Positions 20,944-30,493 of a DNA stretch of 64,000 nucleotides are shown piece after piece; the stretch's first letter is position 1; the number at the start of each line of letters is the position of its first letter. A program made the translations under genes and the position numbers. Origin of the DNA: Candidatus Dormibacteria bacterium (lineage in GTDB: Bacteria > Chloroflexota > Dormibacteria > Aeolococcales > Bog-877); NCBI GenBank assembly GCA_049518775.1, contig JBEKRL010000001.1, positions 4,076 through 68,075 on the forward strand. Reading direction: 5' to 3'. The notes under the pieces are model-generated. The model worked only from the letters and a program-made list of their open reading frames with translations. It made no database searches and had not been told where the DNA came from.

Positions 20944-21747
20944 TTACCCCGGAGAGCCCGCGGACACCGCCGCCACTCCCTGCTCCACGCCCGCCTCGCG
21001 CAGGATGGGATCGTATCCATCCTTCTCGATGCGGTCGACCAGCTCCCCGCCGCCGGAGGCGACCACCCGGCCTGCGGCCATGACGTGCACCCGGTCGGGG
21101 ACCACGTAGTCGAGGATGCGCTGGTAGTGGGTGATGATCAGAATCCCCATCCCGTCACGCCGCACCCGGTTGACGCCGTCGGCCACGGTCCTCAGGGCAT
21201 CAACATCCAGGCCGCTGTCGGTCTCGTCCAGGATGGCCATCTCGGGACGGAGAACTGCCAGCTGGACGATCTCCATCCGCTTCTTCTCGCCACCCGAGAA
21301 GTTGTCGTTGATGTACCGGGACATGAAGGACGGGTCCATCTTGAGGGCCGCCACCTCCTTCCTGATCAGGTCCAGGAACTGGCGCGCGGGCAGTTCCTTG
21401 CCCTGGCCCTTGAGCGCAGCCCGGAGGAAGTTGACGGTGGTCACCCCAGGAATCGCGGTGGGGTACTGAAGGCTGAGGAAGAGCCCCATCCGGGCACGGG
21501 CCTCGGGGAGCATCCCCAGCAGGCTCCGGCCCTTCCAGAGCACGTCTCCCCCGGTGACCTCGTACTTGGGATGGCCCATGACGGCGTAGCCGAGGCTGGT
21601 CTTCCCGGCCCCATTGGGGCCCATCAGGGCGTGCACCTCCCCCCGGGGGATGGACAGGTCGATCCCCGAGAGGATCTGCTTGCCCTCGACTTGGACCTCC
21701 AGCGCGCGGATCTCGAGCCGCGCAGGCTCTCCCACCGAGTCAGACAC
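20944..21747 (-). CDS. sufC: Fe-S cluster assembly ATPase SufC
   Basis: Walker [10 protein letters not shown]; FSGGEKKR; [10 protein letters not shown]. Confidence 0.9.
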   Translation of the reverse strand: MSDSVGEPARLEIRALEVQVEGKQILSGIDLSIPRGEVHALMGPNGAGKTSLGYAVMGHPKYEVTGGDVLWKGRSLLGMLPEARARMGLFLSLQYPTAIPGVTTVNFLRAALKGQGKELPARQFLDLIRKEVAALKMDPSFMSRYINDNFSGGEKKRMEIVQLAVLRPEMAILDETDSGLDVDALRTVADGVNRVRRDGMGILIITHYQRILDYVVPDRVHVMAAGRVVASGGGELVDRIEKDGYDPILREAGVEQGVAAVSAGSPG

Positions 21748-22225
21748 CGGCAGTTTGTCCCACCTGGCGGCCCAGGTCGGCCCGCGCGACCGGGCTCCCC
21801 GGCTCGGCCGGCCACGGCTCCCGCATCAGGTCTGCCAGGGTGGTCCCGCCCAGGATTGCCCTGACCGCCTGCTGCAGCCTGCCCCAGAGCGGGCGGCTGA
21901 GACACTCAGGCTCCCGGCCGCAGGAACCCGGCCGGTAGCCCTCGGCCAGGCACTCGACCGGTACTACCGGGCCTTCCATGAGCTCCACGATCTCAAGAAC
22001 CGTTACATCCCCTGGGGGTCGCGCTAGCCGGTAGCCACCGTGGAGGCCCCTGGTCCCCTCGACCACACCGGCCCGGCGCAGCGGGGCCACCAGCTGCTCA
22101 AGGTAGGCGAGCGGCATGCTCTCCCGACGGGCGATCTCGGCCAGGCTGAGGGGCGGGCCGCCGTGTGACTTGGCCAGTTCGGTCATCATCCGCAGCCCGT
22201 AGTGGGCCCTTGAAGAGATCCGCAT
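21740..22225 (-). CDS. Rrf2 family transcriptional regulator (likely suf regulator)
   Basis: MRISSRAHYGLRMMTELA winged-helix start. Cysteine triplet in the C-terminal third (VECLAEGYRPGSCGREPEC). Start placed at the internal ATG. Confidence 0.8.
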   Translation of the reverse strand: MRISSRAHYGLRMMTELAKSHGGPPLSLAEIARRESMPLAYLEQLVAPLRRAGVVEGTRGLHGGYRLARPPGDVTVLEIVELMEGPVVPVECLAEGYRPGSCGREPECLSRPLWGRLQQAVRAILGGTTLADLMREPWPAEPGSPVARADLGRQVGQTAGV

Positions 22226-22330
22226 CGCCACCGGGTCCTGGCCCAGTAATCCGACTTGCACGCACCTATTTTAGCCAGACCCGGCCCGGGGCCGGGGCTT
22301 CTGATCGAGGCGGCCCCTGGCTCGGCAGGT

Positions 22331-23434
22331 CTAGGCGGGGGCCTGGCCCAGGGCCGCCACCTCTCTCGAGATCAGCTGTCCCGCTCGCTCTACCTCCGCG
22401 GCGGTGGTGCTCCGGCCCAGCGTCAGCCGCAGGTGGGCGGACGCCAACCCCGGGGAAAAGCCCATGGCCAGCAGAACATGGGATGGCGCGATCGAGCCGC
22501 TGGTGCAGGCCGAGCCCGCCGAGGCGCAGAGGCCGGCCCGGTCGAGCCGGAGCAGGAGAAGCTCACCCTCGATTCCGGGAAAGGCGAACGTCACGAAGTT
22601 AGGGAGCCGTTGCCCTGGAGGCGCCCCGGTGGCGAGGGCATCGGGAACCCCGGCCTGGACCAGCTGGCCGAGTCGGGCCGCCAGCCCGCCCAGGCGGGCC
22701 ATCTCTGAGGTCCGCTCCGCATCCGCCAGCTCGGCGGCAACGCTAAGGCCGACTATCCCGGGCACGTTCTCGGTGCCCGAGCGTCGGGTCCGCTCCTGAC
22801 CGCCCCCGGTGATGATCGGGTCGAGCTCAACCCCGTGGCGGACATAGAGGGCCCCCACCCCCTTGGGCCCGCAGACCTTGTGGGCTGAGATGGTGAGCAT
22901 GTCCACCCCCAGCTCACTGACATCGACCGACAGCTTGCCCAGGGCCTGGGTGGCGTCGGTGTGGAAGACGGCCTGGGAGCGCTCATGGACCAGAGCCGCC
23001 AGCTCCTGCACTGGCTCGACGGTACCCACCTCATTGTTGGCCAGCATCACCGAGACCAGGACGGTGTCGGGTCGGAGCGCGGCCGCGAGGTCCTGGCACC
23101 GCACCCGCCCGGAGCGGTCGACGGGAAGAACCGTGAGCTCGCAGCCGAACTGCTCGAGGTCCCGCGCGGTCTCCAGGACCGCCTCGTGCTCGACCGCGGA
23201 CACGATCAGGTGGCTTCCCTTCCGGCTCGCCCGGCGACTCACGCCCCGCAGAGCCAGGTTGTCGGCTTCGCTGCCGCCACCGGTGAAGACGATCTCCCGA
23301 GGACGGGCGTGGAGCACCCCGGCGAGCCGATCTCGAGCGGTGTCCACGAGCGCCCTCGCTGCCCGACCGACGCTGTGAACGCTGGACGGGTTGCCGAAGC
23401 TCTGGACCAGCGCCGGAGCCATCGCCTCCAGCAC
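22331..23434 (-). CDS. Cysteine desulfurase, NifS/IscS-like (class I); true start is upstream of 23434 and non-canonical
   Basis: SVHSVGRAA...SAHKVCGPKGVGALYVR...CASAGSACTSG. The conserved IYLDHAATTP N-terminus lies in frame upstream of the listed GTG. Confidence 0.8.
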   Translation of the reverse strand: MLEAMAPALVQSFGNPSSVHSVGRAARALVDTARDRLAGVLHARPREIVFTGGGSEADNLALRGVSRRASRKGSHLIVSAVEHEAVLETARDLEQFGCELTVLPVDRSGRVRCQDLAAALRPDTVLVSVMLANNEVGTVEPVQELAALVHERSQAVFHTDATQALGKLSVDVSELGVDMLTISAHKVCGPKGVGALYVRHGVELDPIITGGGQERTRRSGTENVPGIVGLSVAAELADAERTSEMARLGGLAARLGQLVQAGVPDALATGAPPGQRLPNFVTFAFPGIEGELLLLRLDRAGLCASAGSACTSGSIAPSHVLLAMGFSPGLASAHLRLTLGRSTTAAEVERAGQLISREVAALGQAPA

Positions 23435-23507
23435 CTCGGCTCGGATCGGCGTGGTGGCGGCGTGGTCGAGGTAGATGGGCGCCGAGAGCAGCCCGAAGCC
23501 AGGGGCG

Positions 23508-23852
23508 TCAGCCGTCCGCTCTCTCCTGGAGCAGGTCGGTGATCAGGCCGGAGTGGCGGCTCAGCGCTCGGTGAAGCTCCAGCAACTCGTCGTTGGAGAT
23601 GGGGTCCCCCCGAGGGGCGGCACCGGCAACCAGCTCAGGTTGCTCACCGTCCCTCTCGGCCTCCACCACGTCGCTGTTGGCCAACTCCAGCGCCACCAGG
23701 AAGGCCAGCTCGCAGTTGCGACAGGTCACCTCGACTGTGTACTTGGGGCCCTCGTGGTCGAGCTGCCTCAGCTTGCAGTCGGCCAAGGAGCGGCGACACA
23801 TGGGGCAGCGGAAGGCTCCGGCTCTCTCTCTCAGGAACGCCAAGATGTCCAT
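23508..23852 (-). CDS. Hypothetical zinc-ribbon protein (two CxxC pairs)
   Basis: CPMC...CRNC. GC-rich third codon positions. Same strand and immediately upstream of the NifS-like gene. Confidence 0.45.
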   Translation of the reverse strand: MDILAFLRERAGAFRCPMCRRSLADCKLRQLDHEGPKYTVEVTCRNCELAFLVALELANSDVVEAERDGEQPELVAGAAPRGDPISNDELLELHRALSRHSGLITDLLQERADG

Positions 23853-23915
23853 CTCTTCCTCCACCCGAGTATACCCAGCCCGGAGGAGATCACCTGGTCC
23901 CCCCAAGGTGCAGGG

Positions 23916-24962
23916 TCAGACCTGGAGCCGCTCCAGGACCGCCGTGGTGAATTCCCCGGTGCGGGCCTGCCCGCCCAGGTCGGCGGTACGCACCCCGTCG
24001 AAGACCGCCTTCATGGTCGCCGCCCTGACCGCCCCGCCGCACCGGGCAAGGGGGGCGTCGCCGGAGTGCTCCAGCAGCGCCGCTGCGGCCAGGATCATGG
24101 CCATGGGGTTGGCGATGTCGCGCCCCTCCAGCGCCGGGGCTGTTCCGTGGGGGGCCTCGGCCATGACCACCTGGGGATGGACGGCATCCTCGAAACCGAT
24201 GAGGAGCGACTCGCTTCCGGCCAGGGTCCCGAAGAGGGCCAGCACCAGGTCGGAGAGGATGTCGCCATCGCGGTTGAGGGCCGGTATCACCAGGGCGTCG
24301 TCACGGGTCAGCATCAGGGCGAAGGTGGCGTCGATCAGGTGGGGCTCGTAGGCGACCGACGGGTGGCGCAGAGCAGCCGCGTCCATCTCCTCCTTGAGCA
24401 TCCCCTCGTAGACTCGGGAGACGGTGAACTTGGGGCCTCCGAAGACGGTGGCCCCGGTGCGTGCGGCATCGTTGAAGGCGTACTCGACCACCCGTAGGCA
24501 GTGCTCCCGGCCGATCTTGGTGGTGCGGTAGGCCAGCTCGTCAGGACCCCGACCGACCCGCCACTCCAGCGCCCCGTAGGCGTCGTCGACCGCCATCCGG
24601 ACCACCGTGATCGGAGCATGCACGCCCCCCAGGGGAGCAACCCCAGGGATGCGCCGCCCGGTGCGGACGATGACATCCCCGCCCAACTCGGCCCGGAGGA
24701 TGGCGTTGGCGCTGCTGACCTCGTCCAGCCCCTCAGGGGTCACGGTGGCCGCCTTGAGCCCGAGGCCGCTCGCCCGCATCAGGCGGGCCGCCCGGTGGAC
24801 AACCTCGTTGCCGCTGGCGCGTCGGGCCGCCAGGCTGAGATCGACATGCTCAAAGGTGAGGTGTGCGGCCAGCGCGGGCACCTCCAGGATTCTCAGCGCC
24901 TCGATGAGCAACTCTTCGCCGGTCTGGTCGCCGTGCAGGACGGTGACGGTGCGCTTGGACAC
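23916..24962 (-). CDS. Isocitrate/isopropylmalate/tartrate dehydrogenase family protein
   Basis: Overall fold motifs: NRDGDILSDL, GFEDAVHP...GTAPAL. Confidence 0.8.
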   Translation of the reverse strand: MSKRTVTVLHGDQTGEELLIEALRILEVPALAAHLTFEHVDLSLAARRASGNEVVHRAARLMRASGLGLKAATVTPEGLDEVSSANAILRAELGGDVIVRTGRRIPGVAPLGGVHAPITVVRMAVDDAYGALEWRVGRGPDELAYRTTKIGREHCLRVVEYAFNDAARTGATVFGGPKFTVSRVYEGMLKEEMDAAALRHPSVAYEPHLIDATFALMLTRDDALVIPALNRDGDILSDLVLALFGTLAGSESLLIGFEDAVHPQVVMAEAPHGTAPALEGRDIANPMAMILAAAALLEHSGDAPLARCGGAVRAATMKAVFDGVRTADLGGQARTGEFTTAVLERLQV

Positions 24963-24966
24963 CAGC

Positions 24967-25680
24967 CTATTGGCTGCTCAGCCGGCGGAAGGACTCCGCG
25001 TAGGCGATCCCTTGCGCCTCACCCGCCTGGGCCATTCGCGTGAGGACCCGAGGACGCGGGTCCTGGCCGGCAGGATGCTGGCTGCGGTGGCACGCCAGGG
25101 CCTCAAACTTCCGCTCCAGCGTGGTGGCGACGTCCACGAAGTAGTCGGGGGAGTCGGTGCCGGAGACCAGCACCTCGCGCACCGAGTGGGGCTCCAGGCC
25201 CTCAGCCAGCAGCTCCCGGAAGGCGAGGGGGTTCCGGGCATAGGGGTAGATCGCCTCGATCGCGGCCCGGCCGGCGGCGAGGTGGTCAGGGTGGTTGCCG
25301 TAGAGGCTGGCGTAGTTGCGCACCGCGTTCTGGCAGATGACCCGGTCGGGCCGGTAGCGGCGGATCAGCCGGACCAGCTCGCGGCGGAGCTCGTCGCTGG
25401 CCCGGAGCCCGCCGTCGGGGTGTCCCAGGAAGACGACATCCTTCACTCCCAGGATATCGGCCGCCTGCCGTTGCTCCTCCTGGCGGATCGCGGGCAGCCT
25501 GGAGGTGTCGATGTCGGGGTCGGCGGCACCAGCGGCTCCGTCGGTGCAGATCACGTAGTCGACCTCGACGCCGCGGTCCACCCAGAGTGCGACCGTGCCG
25601 GCGGCTCCGAACTCAGCGTCGTCGGGATGGGCCACTATGACGAGGGCGCGCTCAAAGTCAGCCATCTGGTCGAAAGCCAT
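24967..25680 (-). CDS. PIG-L/LmbE family N-acetylglucosaminyl deacetylase (MshB/BshB-like)
   Basis: ALVIVAHPDDAEFGAAGT, HPDH motifs. Confidence 0.8.
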   Translation of the reverse strand: MAFDQMADFERALVIVAHPDDAEFGAAGTVALWVDRGVEVDYVICTDGAAGAADPDIDTSRLPAIRQEEQRQAADILGVKDVVFLGHPDGGLRASDELRRELVRLIRRYRPDRVICQNAVRNYASLYGNHPDHLAAGRAAIEAIYPYARNPLAFRELLAEGLEPHSVREVLVSGTDSPDYFVDVATTLERKFEALACHRSQHPAGQDPRPRVLTRMAQAGEAQGIAYAESFRRLSSQ

Positions 25681-25746
25681 TCCGAGCCCAGGATATCCGG
25701 CCGGCCCACCTGCCCGGCCGGCCGCAAGCCACGGCCTGCTCGGCCC

Positions 25747-27063
25747 TCAGTGGAAGAGCCAGGGCAGCTTGAGCCTCAGCCCGCCTTCCTTGAGCGCATC
25801 GATCACGTCGTCAGCGAGCACCCGGCCCATGGGCCTGCCCTCAGGGTCGACGACGACCACCGATGAGGCTCTGGCCTCGGTGAGGCTGGTGACCACCTCG
25901 TCGAGGAACGCCTCTGGGTGGATGGTCACCGGGCGCGAGTCCGGCACCAGTTCGCTGAGTGCCGTGCTGTCGTCGGCGACCAGCAGGTCAAACAGGGGGA
26001 GGTCGGCGACCAGCCGCCCGTTCTCGTCGACCACCGCCACGGAATCGATGTCGGCACTGTGGGCTCTCTGGGCAGCCAGCTCGCGGCGGACATCGGCCAC
26101 GGTGGCCGTCAGGGCGGCCTTGGCCAACGCGGTGGTCATGAACCCGCCCACCATGGTCTCCGGATACCCGAGCAGGTCGGTGAGCTGGCGCGCGACCTCG
26201 GGCGCCACGTGGGCCAGTATGGCGTCGGCCTCGGCGCGCTCCATGTCTCGGAGGGCGTCGACGGCCTCGTCCGGTTCCATGGCCGAGATGAGCTCGGCGG
26301 CCCGCCTGGGGGGGGCGTCGCGGAGGATGTCCTCGATCCGCTCCGCCTCCATTTCCTCGAGCGCGTCCGCGACCGCCCCGGGGTCCAGGGCCGTCGTCAA
26401 CTCATCGCGGGCCGGCTGATCAAGCTCCTCGAGCAGGTCGGCGAGCTCGCCGGCGTGGAGCCGCCGCAGGCCCTCGTGGGGGACATGCAACCGCAGTTGT
26501 GAACCGGGGTCGCCGAACGGGTGGACCGCCGACCAGTCGACGAGCCGGCGGCGCCCGACCGCGGCGCCCGGTCCCCGTCGCGCCCACCAGGGGCTCGGTC
26601 CGCCGGTCACGGCCACCAGTCGAAGGCGACCGAGAACCGGCGCCAGGAAGAGGTCCTCGGCTCGGAGCACCTTGACCCCGTCCACATCCACCAGCTGCCG
26701 CCGGAGGACATCCCGGACCAGGCGAAGTTCGCCCTCGCGGCGCTCGAAGCCGGCGGCGGCCGGATCGAGCTTGCGGACCACCACTCCCCTGCCGTCGAGG
26801 CGCAGGATGTTGGCCACGGGCTGGAACACCTGTCGGTCCCCCTGCTGCAGCACTATCCCCGTGACCAGCGGGTACGGCTCGCTGCCGGTCCAGCGCACCA
26901 CCACGTCCACCAGCTGGCCGACTCCTCGGCCCTCCTCGTCGGCCGGCGAGAGATTCCGGAGCTTGGCCAGCGAGACCAGCGACGTCTGGACCGAGCGGTT
27001 GGTGAGCAGGCGCCGCACCCGCCTTCGAGGGCGGCGGGTAGGTGAGCCGGGAGAGGAGGACAT
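25747..27063 (-). CDS. Soluble MgtE-N domain plus tandem CBS domain protein (no transmembrane domain)
   Basis: MgtE_N-like helical region (MEAERIEDILRDAPP...), then two CBS motifs. No hydrophobic C-terminal channel domain. Confidence 0.65.
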   Translation of the reverse strand: MSSSPGSPTRRPRRRVRRLLTNRSVQTSLVSLAKLRNLSPADEEGRGVGQLVDVVVRWTGSEPYPLVTGIVLQQGDRQVFQPVANILRLDGRGVVVRKLDPAAAGFERREGELRLVRDVLRRQLVDVDGVKVLRAEDLFLAPVLGRLRLVAVTGGPSPWWARRGPGAAVGRRRLVDWSAVHPFGDPGSQLRLHVPHEGLRRLHAGELADLLEELDQPARDELTTALDPGAVADALEEMEAERIEDILRDAPPRRAAELISAMEPDEAVDALRDMERAEADAILAHVAPEVARQLTDLLGYPETMVGGFMTTALAKAALTATVADVRRELAAQRAHSADIDSVAVVDENGRLVADLPLFDLLVADDSTALSELVPDSRPVTIHPEAFLDEVVTSLTEARASSVVVVDPEGRPMGRVLADDVIDALKEGGLRLKLPWLFH

Positions 27064-27357
27064 GGCTAGCCGGAGGCGAGGCGCCGCGGAGGGTGGGCCA
27101 GGGGACCTCGGGACAACTTCACCCTGGTAGCATAAGCTCGCGCTGCGGCGCGGTTCCCGATGCTGGCCCGGACCATTTCATAGGCGGTCTGGGGAGGTGT
27201 CGACCACCCGGGCATGGAGGTGCGCATGGACGGTTCAAGTAGACCGCCTGGCCCGCCATCTGTCGCGCACGCCGTGAGCCTCTAGGCAAACCTGCGGCGG
27301 CCTCCCCGGCGTGCGCTGGCACGTCGAGCACACGTAACCACGCCAGGAGGTCAGTAG

Positions 27358-28992
27358 ATGTCAGAGGAGGAAGGCCCGCTCGCGCCACCGCGCCCAGCGG
27401 TCTTCGATCCAGCCCCCGAGGATGCGATTCGCGGCGCCCTCGGCACCGTCCCGGCGTGGGAAGCCGGTCGCCCGCGTTCGTGGTCTCGCCGGCTCCTGAC
27501 GCTGGCCGCCATCATGGGGCCCGGTCTGATCGTGATGGTGGGCGACAACGACGCCGGAGGGGTCGCCACCTACGCCCAGGCGGGGCAGGATTACGGGACG
27601 ACTCTGCTCTGGGTGCTGGTGCTGCTGGTCCCCACGCTCATCGTCGCCCAGGAGATGGTGGTGCGGCTGGGAGCCGTGACCGGCGTGGGCCACGCGCGCC
27701 TCATCAGGGAGCGGTTCGGGCGCTTCTGGGCGGCCTTCTCGGTGGGCGACCTCGTCCTGCTCAACTTCCTGACCCTGGTGACCGAGTTCATCGGAGTGGA
27801 CCTCGGCCTGCGCTACTTCGGGATCACCCCGCTGGCCTCCGTCCCGGTCGTGGCGATCGGACTTCTGGCCATGGTCGCGACTGGAAGCTTCCAGCGCTGG
27901 GAGCGCTTCATGTTCGTCTTCATCATCACCAGCCTCCTGATGTTCCCCCTGGCCGCGCTCTCGCACCCCACCGCGGTCCCGGTGCTCACCGGCCTGACCC
28001 ACCCCGGCGTGAAGGGCGGTTTCGACTCCACCGCAGTGCTGTTCGTGATCGCCGTGGTGGGCACCACCATCGCCCCCTGGCAGCTCTTCTTCCAGCAGTC
28101 GAACGTGATCGACAAGCGGATCACGACCAGGTGGCTCAAGTACGAGCTCGCCGACACCTCGATCGGGGCGGTGCTCACCGCCGCGGGGGCGGCCGCGCTG
28201 ATGATCGCCGCCGCCTTCGCCTTCTCTCACAGCAACCTCGCCGGACATTTCGGGTCGGGGCTGACCGTGGCCGAGGGGCTGAGCCACAAGGCGGGCTCGG
28301 CATCGGGGGCCATATTCGCGGTGATCCTGGTCAACGCGTCAGTGATCGGCGCCTCGGCGGTGACCCTGGCCACCTCCTACGCCCTCGGCGACATCTTCGG
28401 CCTCCGCCATTCGCTGCACCGCAGCATCCGGGAGGCCAAAGGTTTCTACCTGAGCTTCGCCGCCATGATCGCTCTGGCGGCGGGCATCGTTCTCATTCCC
28501 GGAACCCCGCTCGGCCTCATGACCACAGGTGTCCAGGTCCTCGCGGGAGTGCTGCTCCCCTCCGCGATCGTGTTCCTCCTGTTGCTTTGCAACGACGCCG
28601 AGGTGCTGGGCCCCTGGGTCAACTCCATGCGCCAGAACGTGGTCGCGAGCGTGATCGTCTCGGTGCTGGTCCTGCTCTCCCTCATCCTCACCGTCACCAC
28701 CGTCTTCCCCTCCCTGCCCCTTGGTCCCTTCACCGGAGGTGTGGTCCTGATCGGTGCCGCCGGCCTGGTCTGGTTCGAGATAGCCTCCCGGAGGCGAAAG
28801 GGGACCGACCCCGAGCGCCAGCGCTCGGTGGGAGGTGATCGCCACCTGTGGCGGATGCCGCCTCTGGCCGACCTCAAGCCACCCGTGTGGTCGCGGGCAC
28901 AGCGCATCGGCATGTTCGTCCTCCGCGGCTACCTGGTGGTGGCCGTGCTCGTGCTCGCGGTCAAGATCGCTCAAGTCGCCCTCGCCCGCTAG
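27358..28992 (+). CDS. mntH: NRAMP family divalent metal (Mn2+/Fe2+) transporter
   Basis: GPGLIVMVGDNDAGGVATYAQAG, MVVRLGAVTG. About 11 TM segments. Confidence 0.9.
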   Translation: MSEEEGPLAPPRPAVFDPAPEDAIRGALGTVPAWEAGRPRSWSRRLLTLAAIMGPGLIVMVGDNDAGGVATYAQAGQDYGTTLLWVLVLLVPTLIVAQEMVVRLGAVTGVGHARLIRERFGRFWAAFSVGDLVLLNFLTLVTEFIGVDLGLRYFGITPLASVPVVAIGLLAMVATGSFQRWERFMFVFIITSLLMFPLAALSHPTAVPVLTGLTHPGVKGGFDSTAVLFVIAVVGTTIAPWQLFFQQSNVIDKRITTRWLKYELADTSIGAVLTAAGAAALMIAAAFAFSHSNLAGHFGSGLTVAEGLSHKAGSASGAIFAVILVNASVIGASAVTLATSYALGDIFGLRHSLHRSIREAKGFYLSFAAMIALAAGIVLIPGTPLGLMTTGVQVLAGVLLPSAIVFLLLLCNDAEVLGPWVNSMRQNVVASVIVSVLVLLSLILTVTTVFPSLPLGPFTGGVVLIGAAGLVWFEIASRRRKGTDPERQRSVGGDRHLWRMPPLADLKPPVWSRAQRIGMFVLRGYLVVAVLVLAVKIAQVALAR

Positions 28993-29201
28993 GCCGTCCC
29001 GATCACGGCCCGGTGGCGGTAGCGGTGCCAGCGCTCGGCCACATCCCAACTCTGCCACCGGGGGTGACGAGGCGAAGGAGACGAGCGGTTCATCCCTGAG
29101 GATCGCCCGCCCCGGCCGGGCCGGCAGGGGCGGAGATCCCTTGGCCGACGGGGCGGGCGTGGCTGAGCTGACCCGGGGGCCAGGATCCTTCGCCCGGTTG
29201 G

Positions 29202-30068
29202 TCAGGAAGCTGGCGCGGCCACCAGGCCAGCCGTGCCGAACCCAGAGATGGCCTTGGCGGCGCAGTCGAGGCCGGCAAGCATCGCCTCCTCCACAGCCGC
29301 CTCGTCGGTCCTCTTCAGCTGGGCCATCCGCCCCAGCAGGCCCCCAGCCAGGGCGTCCCCGGCCCCGGTCGGGTCCATCACCCGCTCCACCTTGGCGGCC
29401 GGGAAGGATCGCTCCCGTGTAGCGGTTATCAGGGTCGCCCCCGCCTTGCCCTCCTTGAGGACGATAGCCCGAAGCCTGCCCCGGCCGACCAGGGAGCGGG
29501 CCGCCTCGGCCGCCGTCCCCTGGGCCCCGGCCAGTGCGGCCAGCTCGGCCCGGTTGACGAACACGAGGTCTGCGGCGGCCGCCAGCTCCAGGAGCAGTCC
29601 CCTTTGGGTGGCGATGAAGTCCCGCATGGTATCGAGGGCCACCAACTCCGAACCGGGGAGCAACCCGAGCAGGTCGAGCTGCGCCTGGGGCGGCATCGAG
29701 CCCAGGAAGAGGATGCGGCTGCGAAGCGCGGCTCCTCGTGTCCGCGGCCGCCAACCTTCGTACACCCCCAGGGCCTGTTGCTCCTCGAGGGGAACGGCGG
29801 CATCAGCCCCATGAACGGCCCGCCAGCGGTAGGTTGGGCCGGCGATCCGCTCCACCCCCTCCAGGGCTACCCCGGGCCGGGCCAGAAGCGATGCCAGCTC
29901 CTCTCCATCGGCACCGATCGCTGCAACCGGGCGGACGGGGCAGTGGCGGCAGGCCGCCAGGGTGAAGTAGAGCGCCGATCCGCCGGGGACGGCGTGCACC
30001 GTGCCCGCCGGGGTGGTGAGGTCATCGAAGCCGAGGGTGCCACCGGCGGTGATGGCCCAGTCGCTCAC
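29202..30068 (-). CDS. PfkB family carbohydrate/nucleoside kinase
   Basis: DPTGAGDALAGGLL anion-hole motif; ribokinase-like fold. Confidence 0.8.
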   Translation of the reverse strand: MSDWAITAGGTLGFDDLTTPAGTVHAVPGGSALYFTLAACRHCPVRPVAAIGADGEELASLLARPGVALEGVERIAGPTYRWRAVHGADAAVPLEEQQALGVYEGWRPRTRGAALRSRILFLGSMPPQAQLDLLGLLPGSELVALDTMRDFIATQRGLLLELAAAADLVFVNRAELAALAGAQGTAAEAARSLVGRGRLRAIVLKEGKAGATLITATRERSFPAAKVERVMDPTGAGDALAGGLLGRMAQLKRTDEAAVEEAMLAGLDCAAKAISGFGTAGLVAAPAS

Positions 30069-30090
30069 GGCCGAGCCGTCCCCGCCGGAG

Positions 30091-30480
30091 CTACGGCTGA
30101 CGAAAGAGCGGGATCACCGGCGCCAGGCCGCGGTGCCGCTCGTCCTGGGCGGCCCGCATCAGCCGGGCCTGGACCTCGAACAGGATCTCGCCGACATGGT
30201 CCGGGTGACGATCCCGGCCCAGCTCCAGCCGCAGACGGGGATCGACCGAGTTGGTGAGCGCCGCCACCTGCTCCCAGACCCGCCCGGAGATGAACCTGTG
30301 GGACTGGAGCCGGCAGCGCTCCACATGTTCCAGGAGTTCGTCCGACATCTGGAGCCGCTGGTGCGCGGTGCGGCAGTGCCGGGAGCGGAAGGTGAGCTGG
30401 ACTCGCGCCGCGGCAATCTGCAGCGCGGTCAGTTCGTACGGGTTGCGGTAGGCAGCAGCAGCCGACATCGGCGCCATCAT
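30091..30480 (-). CDS. Hypothetical protein
   Basis: High GC3 codon bias and balanced amino-acid composition. No recognised domain. Overlapping plus-strand ORFs look like junk. Confidence 0.35.
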   Translation of the reverse strand: MMAPMSAAAAYRNPYELTALQIAAARVQLTFRSRHCRTAHQRLQMSDELLEHVERCRLQSHRFISGRVWEQVAALTNSVDPRLRLELGRDRHPDHVGEILFEVQARLMRAAQDERHRGLAPVIPLFRQP

Positions 30481-30493
30481 AGCGGCGGCTCGA

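Noticed and set aside
28339-29754. 471-aa minus-strand ORF
   Set aside because: Overlaps the NRAMP and PfkB genes antisense; Gly/Arg/Pro-rich junk.
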